Source: Sulfolobales archaeon (GTDB lineage: Archaea > Thermoproteota > Thermoprotei_A > Sulfolobales > NBVN01). From it: DNA of 64,000 nt. The stretch spans positions 32,001-96,000 of the forward strand of contig JAWBTQ010000002.1 of the NCBI GenBank assembly GCA_038841535.1. Direction: 5' to 3'. Below, piece after piece: positions 48,975 through 58,841 of this stretch. Numbering within the stretch: position 1 is the first letter of the stretch; every line of letters begins with the position of its first letter. The position numbers and the translations under genes are program-made. The notes under the pieces were generated by a model. That model had not been told where the DNA came from, searched no databases, and was given only the letters and a program-made list of their open reading frames with translations.

Positions 48975-49338
48975 ATATCTGGCACACCATCGGATTGAAG
49001 CGCCTATCTAATTTCTCGTGAAAACTGCATAAAGCCTTCGCCGATAAGAGCTTCACGACTGCCTTGACTATTTCTTCCTCTATCTTATGTTCAGAGGCTT
49101 CTCCAGACTCCACTAAGTACGCTATTTTGTCTACGGCATTTCTAACCACGGGGTGGTGTCCTACCTCCAGTAGCTTACCTCTTTCTCCTTTTGCGTATCT
49201 ACTCACTAGGGACTTAGATATCCCTAAAGCTCTAGATACCTCAACCTTAGAAAACCCTTTACGCAGAAGCTCAAGTACTGCCTCCCTCCTAATTGATGGA
49301 ACTACGTATCTAAAGGCTATTTCAAATACCGTGCTCAT
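48946..49338 (-). CDS. HTH transcriptional regulator (related to the ThiR N-terminal domain)
   Basis: FE...YVVPSIR, SRALGISKSLVSRY..GERG, C..H......C..C tail. Confidence 0.85.
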   Translation of the reverse strand: MSTVFEIAFRYVVPSIRREAVLELLRKGFSKVEVSRALGISKSLVSRYAKGERGKLLEVGHHPVVRNAVDKIAYLVESGEASEHKIEEEIVKAVVKLLSAKALCSFHEKLDRRFNPMVCQICVRVFSKQQ

Positions 49339-49339
49339 T

Positions 49340-50668
49340 TTAGAGTACCACTACCTTTTCCTTTATTTCCTCTGCCTTATTTATTACTTCAGTTAGGTCC
49401 TCAACTACCTCAGCAGTACCTATGATCTCTCCAGCATCGTTCTTTATCGGTACTATAATGACCCTCAGTATTCTGTCACCACTCTTCGTCCAGAACTCCC
49501 TGTAAGGGGCTTCACCTCTCTTAAGACTGTCTATGACCTTTCTAACGGTTAACTCAAGTCTAGGCGGGTGGCAGAACTCAACTCTCCTTCCGATGATAGT
49601 CCTTGCTCTGTCGAACCCTCGAGACAGCATGCTTTCGCTGTAGAACTTGACTCTATCGTCTCTATTAGCAAACGTTATCTCAATCGGTAGAGCCCTAAAA
49701 AGCCCCCTCAGCTCTTCTGTGTCTAGAAAACCTGTACCTAGGTCTAGGTCTCCACCTCTTCTGATTTCGTAGTTATCCGGCTCTACTCCCCTAGAAATAG
49801 CCATAAACTTAAACTCCGGAGGCAGTTTCTCTATTTGCTCTTCTGACACGGTGGTCGCAAACTCGTACGGCATTACGGGTTTCTCTGCAGGATTCCATAC
49901 TCTGCTATCTATTTGGACTAACCACGGAAACTTCCCCGCTTCTTCAGCTATAGCTACCCATTCACCCTCGCTCAATAGCGTTAATGCCGCAGGGTAGAGT
50001 ATTTTGTTTTCTCTAAACACCAGTTCCGAAATCTCTCGAGCTAGCTCCTGAGCTCTCCTAGCTAAGTCTTTTACAGTGCCTTCAACGTTCTGCTCATTTA
50101 ATAATGAATCTACGACTTCCTCAAGCTCTCTGAGCTTAACGACCACCTGATCTTCTCTACCCCACAGAACTCTTGGAACAGCTACGATACCCCTCCTCTC
50201 TAGATATGGAAACAGTAGCATCTGTATTTTTCTGTAATGGTATTTAACTTTTCTTAATTCTCTAAGTACTGCGGCAAGCTCACTTAAGTACTTGACAGCC
50301 TCACCTCTCTCCACACTGCCCGATAAGACCATCGAGAGCATCTCTAGTATCTCACTCTTCTTGAGTAAGAGCTCGTTTTCCTTAATCAAGAAGTAAACGA
50401 GGTGTCCGATTGGCACGTTTCCTAACTCTCGGGTCTGTAGGAACTCCCTGAAGAGTTCTACATGCAGATCGCACAACTTGAGTATATCGGTTATCGGGAT
50501 CCCCTCCTTCACTAGTTCTTGCTCTATTAGAGGTATCTCGAAGGGCGATACTGTTTCTAGCACCTGTTTAAACCTCTCCTTAAGTTCGTCGACTCCAACT
50601 CCTCTGTGAAGGTCCTTCAGTATCGTCTTTACGAGCTCCAGCTTTTTGACATGATCTTGAGTTGACAC
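49340..50668 (-). CDS. DUF438 + hemerythrin-like + PAS domain protein
   Basis: EQELVKEG...LCDLH, HY..IQMLLFPYLE.RG..V.RVLW, EN.ILYP, PAS with CHPP. Confidence 0.88.
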   Translation of the reverse strand: MSTQDHVKKLELVKTILKDLHRGVGVDELKERFKQVLETVSPFEIPLIEQELVKEGIPITDILKLCDLHVELFREFLQTRELGNVPIGHLVYFLIKENELLLKKSEILEMLSMVLSGSVERGEAVKYLSELAAVLRELRKVKYHYRKIQMLLFPYLERRGIVAVPRVLWGREDQVVVKLRELEEVVDSLLNEQNVEGTVKDLARRAQELAREISELVFRENKILYPAALTLLSEGEWVAIAEEAGKFPWLVQIDSRVWNPAEKPVMPYEFATTVSEEQIEKLPPEFKFMAISRGVEPDNYEIRRGGDLDLGTGFLDTEELRGLFRALPIEITFANRDDRVKFYSESMLSRGFDRARTIIGRRVEFCHPPRLELTVRKVIDSLKRGEAPYREFWTKSGDRILRVIIVPIKNDAGEIIGTAEVVEDLTEVINKAEEIKEKVVVL

Positions 50669-50767
50669 GTGTCACACCATTATAAAATCGCAAGAAAGGT
50701 TTATAAGCTTTTCCGTAGCTTGAGAATGTGCTAGTTTAATTTTTAATTCGTTTCGCTATCTCTTCAC

Positions 50768-52543
50768 TTGGATGAAGAATTGGCGAGTTTGAGTGGTAGG
50801 AGAGTGTATACAGCCCTGTGGTTGTGGCACTATATGTCTAAGAAGGCTTCGCTATTTCTACTACTTATTTCTCTAGTTTTAATTTCTGGATACGCTGGAA
50901 GCCTGCCACCAGTCTTTGTCAGATATGCTATAGACAGAGGTGCCGCATCTGGGTCTTTAAGCGACGTTATTACTTACGCAGCTCTACTTGTCGCGGCAAC
51001 AGCCGCTGGAGGATTCATTAACTTCTTAGTTAGGTACGCCTCAGCTAGGTATGCTCAAGAAATAACTCACACGATTAGATTAGAGGCGTTTGAGTCTGTT
51101 TTACGAAAGTACCTCGGATTCTTTGATAGAGCCTCTGTTGGACAGCTAATCTCTAGGATAACTAATGACAGTGAAAGAGTAGCTAACTTTTTATCAGATA
51201 GGCTTAGGATGATCATTTACGCTACAAGCCTTCTCGCATTCTCGGCGTACAATATGTTCAGCTTACACCTAATTCTTACCGCTGTCGCAGTATCTTCGAT
51301 GGTTTTAGTAGTGATCGTTTACGCGCGCTACTCTATGGTCATAAGACCTCTCTATGACTCGATAAGACAGCAGCTAGGTGTGATTGCCTCGGTGGCAACC
51401 AACAATTTAGTCGGTATAAAGACTGTAAAAGGGCTTAACATAGTTGATAGCGAGCTGGAAAGATTTGATGAAGAGAATATCAAGTTTGCCGAACTCAACA
51501 TAAAGGCCGCAAAGGTTAGAGCGATATACGGTAACTCAACTATCCTTATATTCGGTATCGCCACTGCCCTAGTGATACTCTACGGTGCGTATGCTATTGA
51601 GGGAGGAGTGCTCACGGTAGGAGGGCTCGCCATGTTTTTGACCTACATAGCTACACTATCAAGACCACTAAATATGTTGGGCTTCTCGATTACTGATATC
51701 CAGAGAGCTTTCGCATCTGCTAGAAGGCTTTTCGAGCTCATAGAGTCTGAAGACGTGGTCCAAGAGAGACCTGACGCGTTGACCCTAAACAAGGTAGAGG
51801 GCTCTCTAGAGTTCGTTAATGCGTCGTTTACGTACCCCTCAGGTAAAAAAGCCCTCAAGAACGTCAACCTGAGAGTAAGACCTGGAGAAGTGCTTCTCGT
51901 ACTAGGACCCCCGGGCTCCGGAAAGTCAACCTTAATGAAGCTGGTTATGAGGTTCTACGACCCAGATGAGGGTGCTATACTGCTAGACGGCGTTGACGTA
52001 AGGAACCTAAAGCTCTCCACAATAAGAAATAATGTTGGGTACGTTCCGCAGGAGCCATTCATATTTAACGGCACAATATATGATAACGTCGTATTAGGGA
52101 ACCCTAGTGCGACATTCGAAGATGTAGTTAGAGCGACAGAAGTCGCTAAGATACGTAAATTCATAGAGAGCCTTCCCAGAGGGTTTAACATGATCGTTGG
52201 TGAGAGAGGTATAGACCTATCCGGTGGTCAGAGGCAGAGAATAGCTATAGCGAGAGCTCTAGTGAGAAACCCAAAGATTCTCCTACTAGACGACCCAGTT
52301 GCCAACCTCGATGCCGAGACAGAGAAAGCTCTTGTCGAGGACCTTAAGGAAATCCTGAAGAATAGGACGGCTATAATAGTTACTCAAAGGCTTTCTCTAG
52401 TACCTCTCGCAGATAGGATCGTAGTTATGAATGACGGGGAGATAGTGGAGGAGGGAACGCACGAGGAGCTTATGAGGAAAAGAGGGATGTACTACAGGAT
52501 GTACATATCTATGATGGGTGAAAGCAATGAGTCAGCAAACTAG
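50768..52543 (+). CDS. ABC exporter half-transporter (degenerate catalytic site)
   Basis: TMD plus GPPGSGKST, LSGGQ, Walker B LLLDDP, Q in place of the switch His. Confidence 0.92.
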   Translation: MDEELASLSGRRVYTALWLWHYMSKKASLFLLLISLVLISGYAGSLPPVFVRYAIDRGAASGSLSDVITYAALLVAATAAGGFINFLVRYASARYAQEITHTIRLEAFESVLRKYLGFFDRASVGQLISRITNDSERVANFLSDRLRMIIYATSLLAFSAYNMFSLHLILTAVAVSSMVLVVIVYARYSMVIRPLYDSIRQQLGVIASVATNNLVGIKTVKGLNIVDSELERFDEENIKFAELNIKAAKVRAIYGNSTILIFGIATALVILYGAYAIEGGVLTVGGLAMFLTYIATLSRPLNMLGFSITDIQRAFASARRLFELIESEDVVQERPDALTLNKVEGSLEFVNASFTYPSGKKALKNVNLRVRPGEVLLVLGPPGSGKSTLMKLVMRFYDPDEGAILLDGVDVRNLKLSTIRNNVGYVPQEPFIFNGTIYDNVVLGNPSATFEDVVRATEVAKIRKFIESLPRGFNMIVGERGIDLSGGQRQRIAIARALVRNPKILLLDDPVANLDAETEKALVEDLKEILKNRTAIIVTQRLSLVPLADRIVVMNDGEIVEEGTHEELMRKRGMYYRMYISMMGESNESAN

Positions 52544-54290
52544 TGAACTTAAGTCAAGGACGGTATCAATACGTGAAATAGTCGAGCTGGTTCTAGCAAG
52601 CAAGAGAGATGTAGTAGTTGTTGCTATAGCGATAGTATCAAGCAGTATAGCTCTACTCGTTTCTCCTTACCTACTGGGTCTTGTAATCGATGAGAGTATA
52701 GCGAAGGGAAGGCTAGACTTACTCCCGCAGCTAGTGTCCCTCCTAGTTGTTACAGTGCTTGTGCAGTGGGCTGCTATGGTAGTTAGAACGATTAAAATCG
52801 AAACTATAGGTCAGAGGGTTCTTAGAGACCTTCGCCGATCTCTATTTAGAAAATATATTGGGGCAACACTGGACTTTCACAAAGAAAACCAATTAGGGGA
52901 CTTAGTGTCTAGAGTGGTCAATGATACGTCAGTAGTTAACGAAGCGATCGTCACTGGATTACTGAACGTCCTAGGGGATATAGTGTCGATGACGGGCTCT
53001 TTAGTGGTCATGGTATACTTAAGTCCTCAGCTAACTCTCGTATCTTTAACAACGGTTCCCTTAATGGTGTTTATAGCTAAGAGGCTCGGAGTTAGATTAA
53101 GGAGAACCTGGCGAGAAGTAAGAGAAAGAGTATCTAAGATGACTACAGTAGTTGAAGAAAACATTTCCGGTATCGAGGTAATAAAGTCTTTTGGACTGGA
53201 AGAGAGTGCTCTCACGAGGTTTGATAGAGTTTCCCGAGAAGTTTACAGGTTTTCGATTAGGGCTTCAGTATTGGCGGGACTGTTCTTCCCACTCATGAAC
53301 GTCTCGTCATCTCTCTCACTAGCTATAGTTATAGCGTATGGAGGTTACTTGTGCCTGACTGGCATGCTCACTGTTGGGCTACTAGTGGCCTTTACGCAGT
53401 ACGTAAGTAGGCTGATGGCTCCAATTAATGAGCTCGTATTCGTTTATGATGCCCTTCAGTCAGCTCTCGCTTCTCTAGACCGAATATTTGAGGTTCTTAG
53501 AACTGAGAAGGTGGAAGTTGATGAAGGGCTAGAGCTTGAGAATGTGAGAGGTGATGTAATGTTTGACCACGTATGGTTCGAGTACGAGCCGGGTGTCCCG
53601 GTACTAAAGGATGTGACATTCAACATTAAGCCTGGCGAGATCGTTGCTGTAGTAGGGCACACGGGTGCTGGTAAGACGACTATGGCTAACCTCTTGGTGA
53701 AGTTCTACGAACCGTCTGGGGGTAAAATAAAGATTGATGGAATCGACATCAAGAAGGTCAAGCGGAGTAGTCTCAGGAAGTTTGTCAGCTACATACCTCA
53801 AGAGACCTATCTATTTACGGGTACAGTTATAGAGAACATCAAGGTTGTAAAGCCTAGCGCAACTGACGAGGAGGTCGTGGAAGTCTGTGAGAAGCTAGGT
53901 ATACATAAATTTATCGAGAGACTTCCCAACGGGTACTACACCGATGTCGGTGAAATAGGTAAGAGGCTGTCCCTAGGGGAGAAGCAGCTAATAGCTATAG
54001 CTAGGGCTATGCTGAAAGACTCCAAGATCGTGATATTCGATGAGGCTCTCTCAAGCGTTGACGCTGAAACTGAGAACATCATCAAGAGCGCACTCCGCGA
54101 GTTGCTTAGAGGTAGGACGGGAATTGTGATAGCTCATAGGTTGTCTATAGCTAGAGACTGTGATAGAATACTAGTTCTATCCGACGGTCGGGTAGTCGAG
54201 TATGGTACATTCGAGGAGCTAATGGGGAAGCACGGGATGTTTTATGATATGTATAGGTCTCAGATCGAAGAAAGCGCGAGTATTCAATGA
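52518..54290 (+). CDS. ABC exporter half-transporter, heterodimer partner
   Basis: GHTGAGKTT, degenerate signature LSLGE, IFDEA, AHR: TM287/288-type asymmetry. Confidence 0.92.
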   Translation: MKAMSQQTSELKSRTVSIREIVELVLASKRDVVVVAIAIVSSSIALLVSPYLLGLVIDESIAKGRLDLLPQLVSLLVVTVLVQWAAMVVRTIKIETIGQRVLRDLRRSLFRKYIGATLDFHKENQLGDLVSRVVNDTSVVNEAIVTGLLNVLGDIVSMTGSLVVMVYLSPQLTLVSLTTVPLMVFIAKRLGVRLRRTWREVRERVSKMTTVVEENISGIEVIKSFGLEESALTRFDRVSREVYRFSIRASVLAGLFFPLMNVSSSLSLAIVIAYGGYLCLTGMLTVGLLVAFTQYVSRLMAPINELVFVYDALQSALASLDRIFEVLRTEKVEVDEGLELENVRGDVMFDHVWFEYEPGVPVLKDVTFNIKPGEIVAVVGHTGAGKTTMANLLVKFYEPSGGKIKIDGIDIKKVKRSSLRKFVSYIPQETYLFTGTVIENIKVVKPSATDEEVVEVCEKLGIHKFIERLPNGYYTDVGEIGKRLSLGEKQLIAIARAMLKDSKIVIFDEALSSVDAETENIIKSALRELLRGRTGIVIAHRLSIARDCDRILVLSDGRVVEYGTFEELMGKHGMFYDMYRSQIEESASIQ

Positions 54291-54337
54291 CTGCTCTTAA
54301 TCCCACTTATTGCCAAGCTAATAGTGCTTCACTATAT

Positions 54338-55756
54338 TTACGTAAGGGATAGCTTTAGTAGGAAGTCCGATATCTCGTCAAGACACGATCTCAGCTCTTT
54401 CTCGCCTATCGTGTATGGGGACCTAATCCTCCTAGATATAGTAAACTCGACCGAGAGTGGTCCAGCAGTATCCTTCGGGTTGATCGTTACTATTATGTCT
54501 GCTATAGAACTCATAACGCTTGAGAACTCGCTCGTTCCTGTCTCAATAACTATCCCAATAAGCTTACGGCTCTTTAAATGTAGAAGCAGGTTGATCAGTA
54601 TATCTTTGTACTCCCTCAACCGCAGATCTCCAGGGGTGACGTCACCTATCGGATTCCCCAAGAACAGCATGACCATCGGCTTGTAGTGGTCGGCTAGTAC
54701 TATAGCCTTTTGGTAGAGGTCTTCCGGCAGGTAAGCTGCTGGATTGTAGGCCTCTATTTTAATAAACTCACCAAGCACGCTCTCAAGCTTCGAAGGCTTG
54801 ATCTCGATCCTAAACATATCTTTCATCATTTCTGAGAGCTGATACCAAATGTATGCTGGCGAGCTCTCGTAGCTTACGATCAAGAGTTTCCCCTTATTAT
54901 GAAGCGCACTAAGTAGTGCGTATGCTAGAACGTAGTAGTGAAAGTGAAGTCCTGGACTCTTAACGTAAACCAGCTCACCTCTATATAAGGGACCTATCCT
55001 CCTGTCTATAGTTCTGCACCCCATGGTCTCGAGAGGTCTCTCTAGGGCAGGTGCCGGTATTTCGCTGAGAGCTGGTGGAGTAAATACTTTGAATCCGAAA
55101 CCTTCTGTAATTGTGAATACCACCTTAGCTACAGACACGGGGGCACCCCTTGCCTTACGGACTTCGAGCTCGCGAAGTAAAAGCCGCCTCACTACCGAGT
55201 GTCTAAGGACTATGATTACGTCAGAAACAAACTCTATATCACCTAGCTCTATTCTCTCTTCTGATAGGGGTATTTCCGCTATGAGAACCACTACTCCACT
55301 AATTAATCTAGATAACCCAGTGAAATAGTTCTGAAGGACCGCTCTAGCTTTGATCTCGGAGCCCAGAGACTTTAGGATAGGAGTTACGGAGTCTACGATT
55401 ATTACGTTAGGGCTGAATTCTTCTATACTCTTATTTAGTACTTCAATAATGACGCTGCTTACAGTATTCTCGGATGCTGTGAGAGGGAGATGTAGAAACT
55501 TTAAGTACCCTTTTCTCTCGGCACTCTCTAGGTCAAGCCCTAAGCTCTTCATGTTTTTAAAGAGTTTTTCTCTATCTTCCTGGACTGATGTATACAGGCA
55601 CTTATACCCTTTTAACGCGTTATGGTAACAAATGGTAGACGCCAGAGTGGTCTTACCGGAACCAGGGTGACCAGCAACTACAACCAGGGTCCCACTGCTT
55701 AAAGCACCTCTTAGAAGGGAGTCGAGACCGTCGACACCAAAAGTGTAATTATTCAA
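54338..55756 (-). CDS. KaiC/RAD55-like ATPase, two domains with a degenerate C-terminal domain
   Basis: TFGVDGLD, GHPGSGKTT, IVDS, VRKARG; the second domain lacks Walker A. TTG 55756 taken as start. Confidence 0.85.
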   Translation of the reverse strand: MNNYTFGVDGLDSLLRGALSSGTLVVVAGHPGSGKTTLASTICYHNALKGYKCLYTSVQEDREKLFKNMKSLGLDLESAERKGYLKFLHLPLTASENTVSSVIIEVLNKSIEEFSPNVIIVDSVTPILKSLGSEIKARAVLQNYFTGLSRLISGVVVLIAEIPLSEERIELGDIEFVSDVIIVLRHSVVRRLLLRELEVRKARGAPVSVAKVVFTITEGFGFKVFTPPALSEIPAPALERPLETMGCRTIDRRIGPLYRGELVYVKSPGLHFHYYVLAYALLSALHNKGKLLIVSYESSPAYIWYQLSEMMKDMFRIEIKPSKLESVLGEFIKIEAYNPAAYLPEDLYQKAIVLADHYKPMVMLFLGNPIGDVTPGDLRLREYKDILINLLLHLKSRKLIGIVIETGTSEFSSVMSSIADIIVTINPKDTAGPLSVEFTISRRIRSPYTIGEKELRSCLDEISDFLLKLSLT

Positions 55757-56279
55757 ACCTTTACCCAAGAATAATATGGGCAAAGGGTATATAAAGCATG
55801 TTTGTATATTTTGACCTTTTTCTTGCCTTAAGGACGAGCTATTAGGCATCGATCTCTCCAATATAGACTGCGACCATCATAACATAACCGATGTATTATC
55901 TGGGCCCAAGCTCTTAGCCTTTCCATGCTACTTCTCCCTACCCCAATTAATATCTCTCCCGATAGTTAAGAGAGCCTGATACAAGCTTGATTAGTTCTTC
56001 CTCTAGATCTAGCTCGTTGCATGCTTCTGGATAGTTCAGAGGAAGCCTAGCTTCTTCAATACTACTCGAGGGCATAAGCTCCTTGGTGAGTACTACGGAC
56101 TCGGCAACTCGTTACGCAACTAGAAAAAATGGGCAGTATTGGACATAGTTACGTTCACAGTCTGGTTTCATTATCATGTCGTTTCCCCAAGCTCTTTAAA
56201 AGCGAATAGAGACCAGCTGAAGATAAGATGCTGAAAACGCTATTTATAGTCACGAGACTCGTTAAGCTAGTCCCACGTT

Positions 56280-57521
56280 TTACATCATGAATGTAGATAT
56301 AAGATCCGCAAAGCTTTCTCTCCTACGTGTAAGCCTTACCACACCATCGTACACCAATACTTCAGCAGGTCTAGGCCTCATGTTATAGTTCATACTCATG
56401 CTGTAGGTATACGCTCCAGCATTCAAAAATGCCAGCACGTCTCCCTCCTCTAATGGGGGTAGATCTCTTGCCCTAGCTATTATGTCTCCAGCCATGCAGA
56501 GATTGCCGACTACGTCGACTTCGACTTTGTGCTGAGTACTCGCCTTAGATACGGCCACCACTTCGTAGTACGTGTCCATCATTACTGACCTAACGAGATG
56601 GTTAATGCTGGTATCTACTATAGCGAACGCTTTTCTCAAGCCACCGAACTCTACGACTTTGATTTCTACTACCCTAGTTAATAAAATACCTGCATTACCG
56701 ACAATGAACCTTCCAGGCTCGACTCTCAGCTTGACCTCGCCAGCCCTCTTAGAGTAACCCTCCACTAGTTCTGAAACCATGCGTCCAAACGCGACGTAGT
56801 CGAACTCAGTTTCTCCAAGCTTGTATGGAACCCCCATCCCACCACCTACGTCAATAAACTCTAGGTCGCGGAGGTTTACTGCAATATCTAAAAGCAGTTT
56901 TATTACTTTGAGGTACGGCTCTACAGCGAAGACTCCGGACCCTATATGTGTGTGAAGACCTACAATCCTAAGTCTATGCTCTTTAGCTATCTCTAAAGCT
57001 TTACTCAATGAATCTAAGTTTATGCCGAACTTGGTGAGACCTCCCGTAGTAGTGAACTCGTGATATCCGCAACCAAAACCAGGGTTTATCCTTATCGATA
57101 CCTCTGTCTCCGGGAACAGCCTGCCGTACTTTCTCAACTGGGATATGGAATCTATATTTACTAGAACACCTAGCTCTCCGCGAACATACTTCATTTCTTC
57201 ATCGGTAACACCACTTCCAGTAAACATGATCTTCTCTTTTTGGAAACCAAGCATGAGGCCCAGCATTACTTCCCACGGTGATGAAGAATCCAGTCCAGCC
57301 CCGAGGTCTCTGAGGGTAGTCAGTATTCCGGGGTTATTGTTTGCTTTGCAAGAATAAAGTACCTCAACGTTTTTATAGGTAAAGCTTTTAGCGATTTTAT
57401 TAAAGTTATCTATAACAACTCCTTTGTCGTATGCGTAAAGGGGGGTCCCGAATTTTTCCGCTAGATCGATAGCTCTCATACCTCCGATGTAGAGATGCGG
57501 GCCTCTTACTTCTATCACCAT
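56280..57521 (-). CDS. PLP-dependent group IV decarboxylase (LysA-like)
   Basis: GTPLYAY, YSCKAN, TKFG, HTHIGS, DVGGG, EPGR, GNLCMAGD, GAY..SM..NYN.RP. Confidence 0.88.
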   Translation of the reverse strand: MVIEVRGPHLYIGGMRAIDLAEKFGTPLYAYDKGVVIDNFNKIAKSFTYKNVEVLYSCKANNNPGILTTLRDLGAGLDSSSPWEVMLGLMLGFQKEKIMFTGSGVTDEEMKYVRGELGVLVNIDSISQLRKYGRLFPETEVSIRINPGFGCGYHEFTTTGGLTKFGINLDSLSKALEIAKEHRLRIVGLHTHIGSGVFAVEPYLKVIKLLLDIAVNLRDLEFIDVGGGMGVPYKLGETEFDYVAFGRMVSELVEGYSKRAGEVKLRVEPGRFIVGNAGILLTRVVEIKVVEFGGLRKAFAIVDTSINHLVRSVMMDTYYEVVAVSKASTQHKVEVDVVGNLCMAGDIIARARDLPPLEEGDVLAFLNAGAYTYSMSMNYNMRPRPAEVLVYDGVVRLTRRRESFADLISTFMM

Positions 57522-57724
57522 ACCTCATCACTTAGTCTGTAGCAGAAAACCTAATAGGAGTGCTTAATACGTAAACACTCTAACCACACCTTAGAACCTC
57601 TATCCTAGTAATTCGAATAAATCGTTTGCCATATTTTAAGGTAGTCTATAAGATAGAGCCTGCTTGGCGCAGTAGTGTACTGAGCTAATCGAGTTCAGAC
57701 TCACCAGTGAAGGAAAGCAGTTAC

Positions 57725-58690
57725 TCAGCTTTCAACGCACATCAACGCTTTTTTCACAGCCTTAACGGCACTTGAGGCGAAGACGTACATTACCGGTTCA
57801 ATTCCTATACCACCTGTATCAGCTATGGCATCAGGAGCTTTATCTAGAATCTCCATTGCCTTCTCGAGCTCACTAAAAAGCTCTCGCTCAGAAGTGTGGG
57901 GACCAACTTTAACTACACTATACCCCTTAGTGACAAGTCTTTGAATACACTCATTATTGTACTTAATAACTATGACAGACTTTATGCTGGGGAACCTCTT
58001 CATTACGTTTAGCAGTACGCTGGCCGTGTGTCTACTACCTCCTCTAGTTGGATCACCTGCTGCTACAACTTTGTTATACACCCGGACTATCCTACCCGCA
58101 AATCCGACAACATCTCTAAAATCAACTGCTTCTGGTGGGGCTGAGGCAATGTTCATTCCCACCTCTGGGACAAGCTCGTGGCCTCTGGGATGAAGACTTA
58201 AGACCTCATAAGCAGTCTTAACTTCCTCGACGTAGGGATCCGCAATTTCTTCAAAAAGCACGCGGCACACACCGCAATCCAGAGGTATAGTGGGAGTAGT
58301 CTTCCTATGGATACAGCACATGAGACCTCTTTTCAATATCGAGTTAATGTAGTTACCTAATAGCTTTAGATACTCAAGGTAGTTACCATTAACTAGCTTC
58401 TCTACTAAAGCGTCAGTAATTCTGACAACATCATCTACGTCTAGACCTAACTCCCGGAGGTCTTCTAAGAGTTTAGGTATGGGAACGCTTAAATACCTAC
58501 TTACCATAGGTTGTGAAATACCCAACAATCTGGAGATCCTCATCTGACTCAGACCTTTATCGCTCAGTTTATGAGATAAGATCCCCCTAAACACCGGAAT
58601 AACTAGCTCACTAACTAGCTCGTACGGCAGCAAACTCCCCCCGAAAACCGCTTCTACACCGAAAGAAAAAAAGACAAAGAGATCGACCAA
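57725..58690 (-). CDS. thiR: ThiR regulator: HTH fused to a ThiN-like thiamine-phosphate-binding domain
   Basis: LGISQPMVSRY HTH, C..H..C..C, VPEVGMNI, GRI, GGSRHTA, DTGG.G.EP. Confidence 0.85.
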   Translation of the reverse strand: MVDLFVFFSFGVEAVFGGSLLPYELVSELVIPVFRGILSHKLSDKGLSQMRISRLLGISQPMVSRYLSVPIPKLLEDLRELGLDVDDVVRITDALVEKLVNGNYLEYLKLLGNYINSILKRGLMCCIHRKTTPTIPLDCGVCRVLFEEIADPYVEEVKTAYEVLSLHPRGHELVPEVGMNIASAPPEAVDFRDVVGFAGRIVRVYNKVVAAGDPTRGGSRHTASVLLNVMKRFPSIKSVIVIKYNNECIQRLVTKGYSVVKVGPHTSERELFSELEKAMEILDKAPDAIADTGGIGIEPVMYVFASSAVKAVKKALMCVES

Positions 58691-58841
58691 AACACTTTGT
58701 CCGTATCTTCAATAGCACAGTAAGACAGCATTATTTAGCCTGATGTGGTTACAGTGCCAGTTTCTTTGAGTTAGGTGGCTTCCTAGGCAACTTTGCGTAA
58801 GGCTTTGTTATATAGCAGTACTTCTTTTTCCCTAGCTACTA

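Noticed and set aside
55870-56270. Possible pseudogene in the gap between the KaiC-like and LysA-like genes
   Set aside because: No recognisable motif in the frames read.
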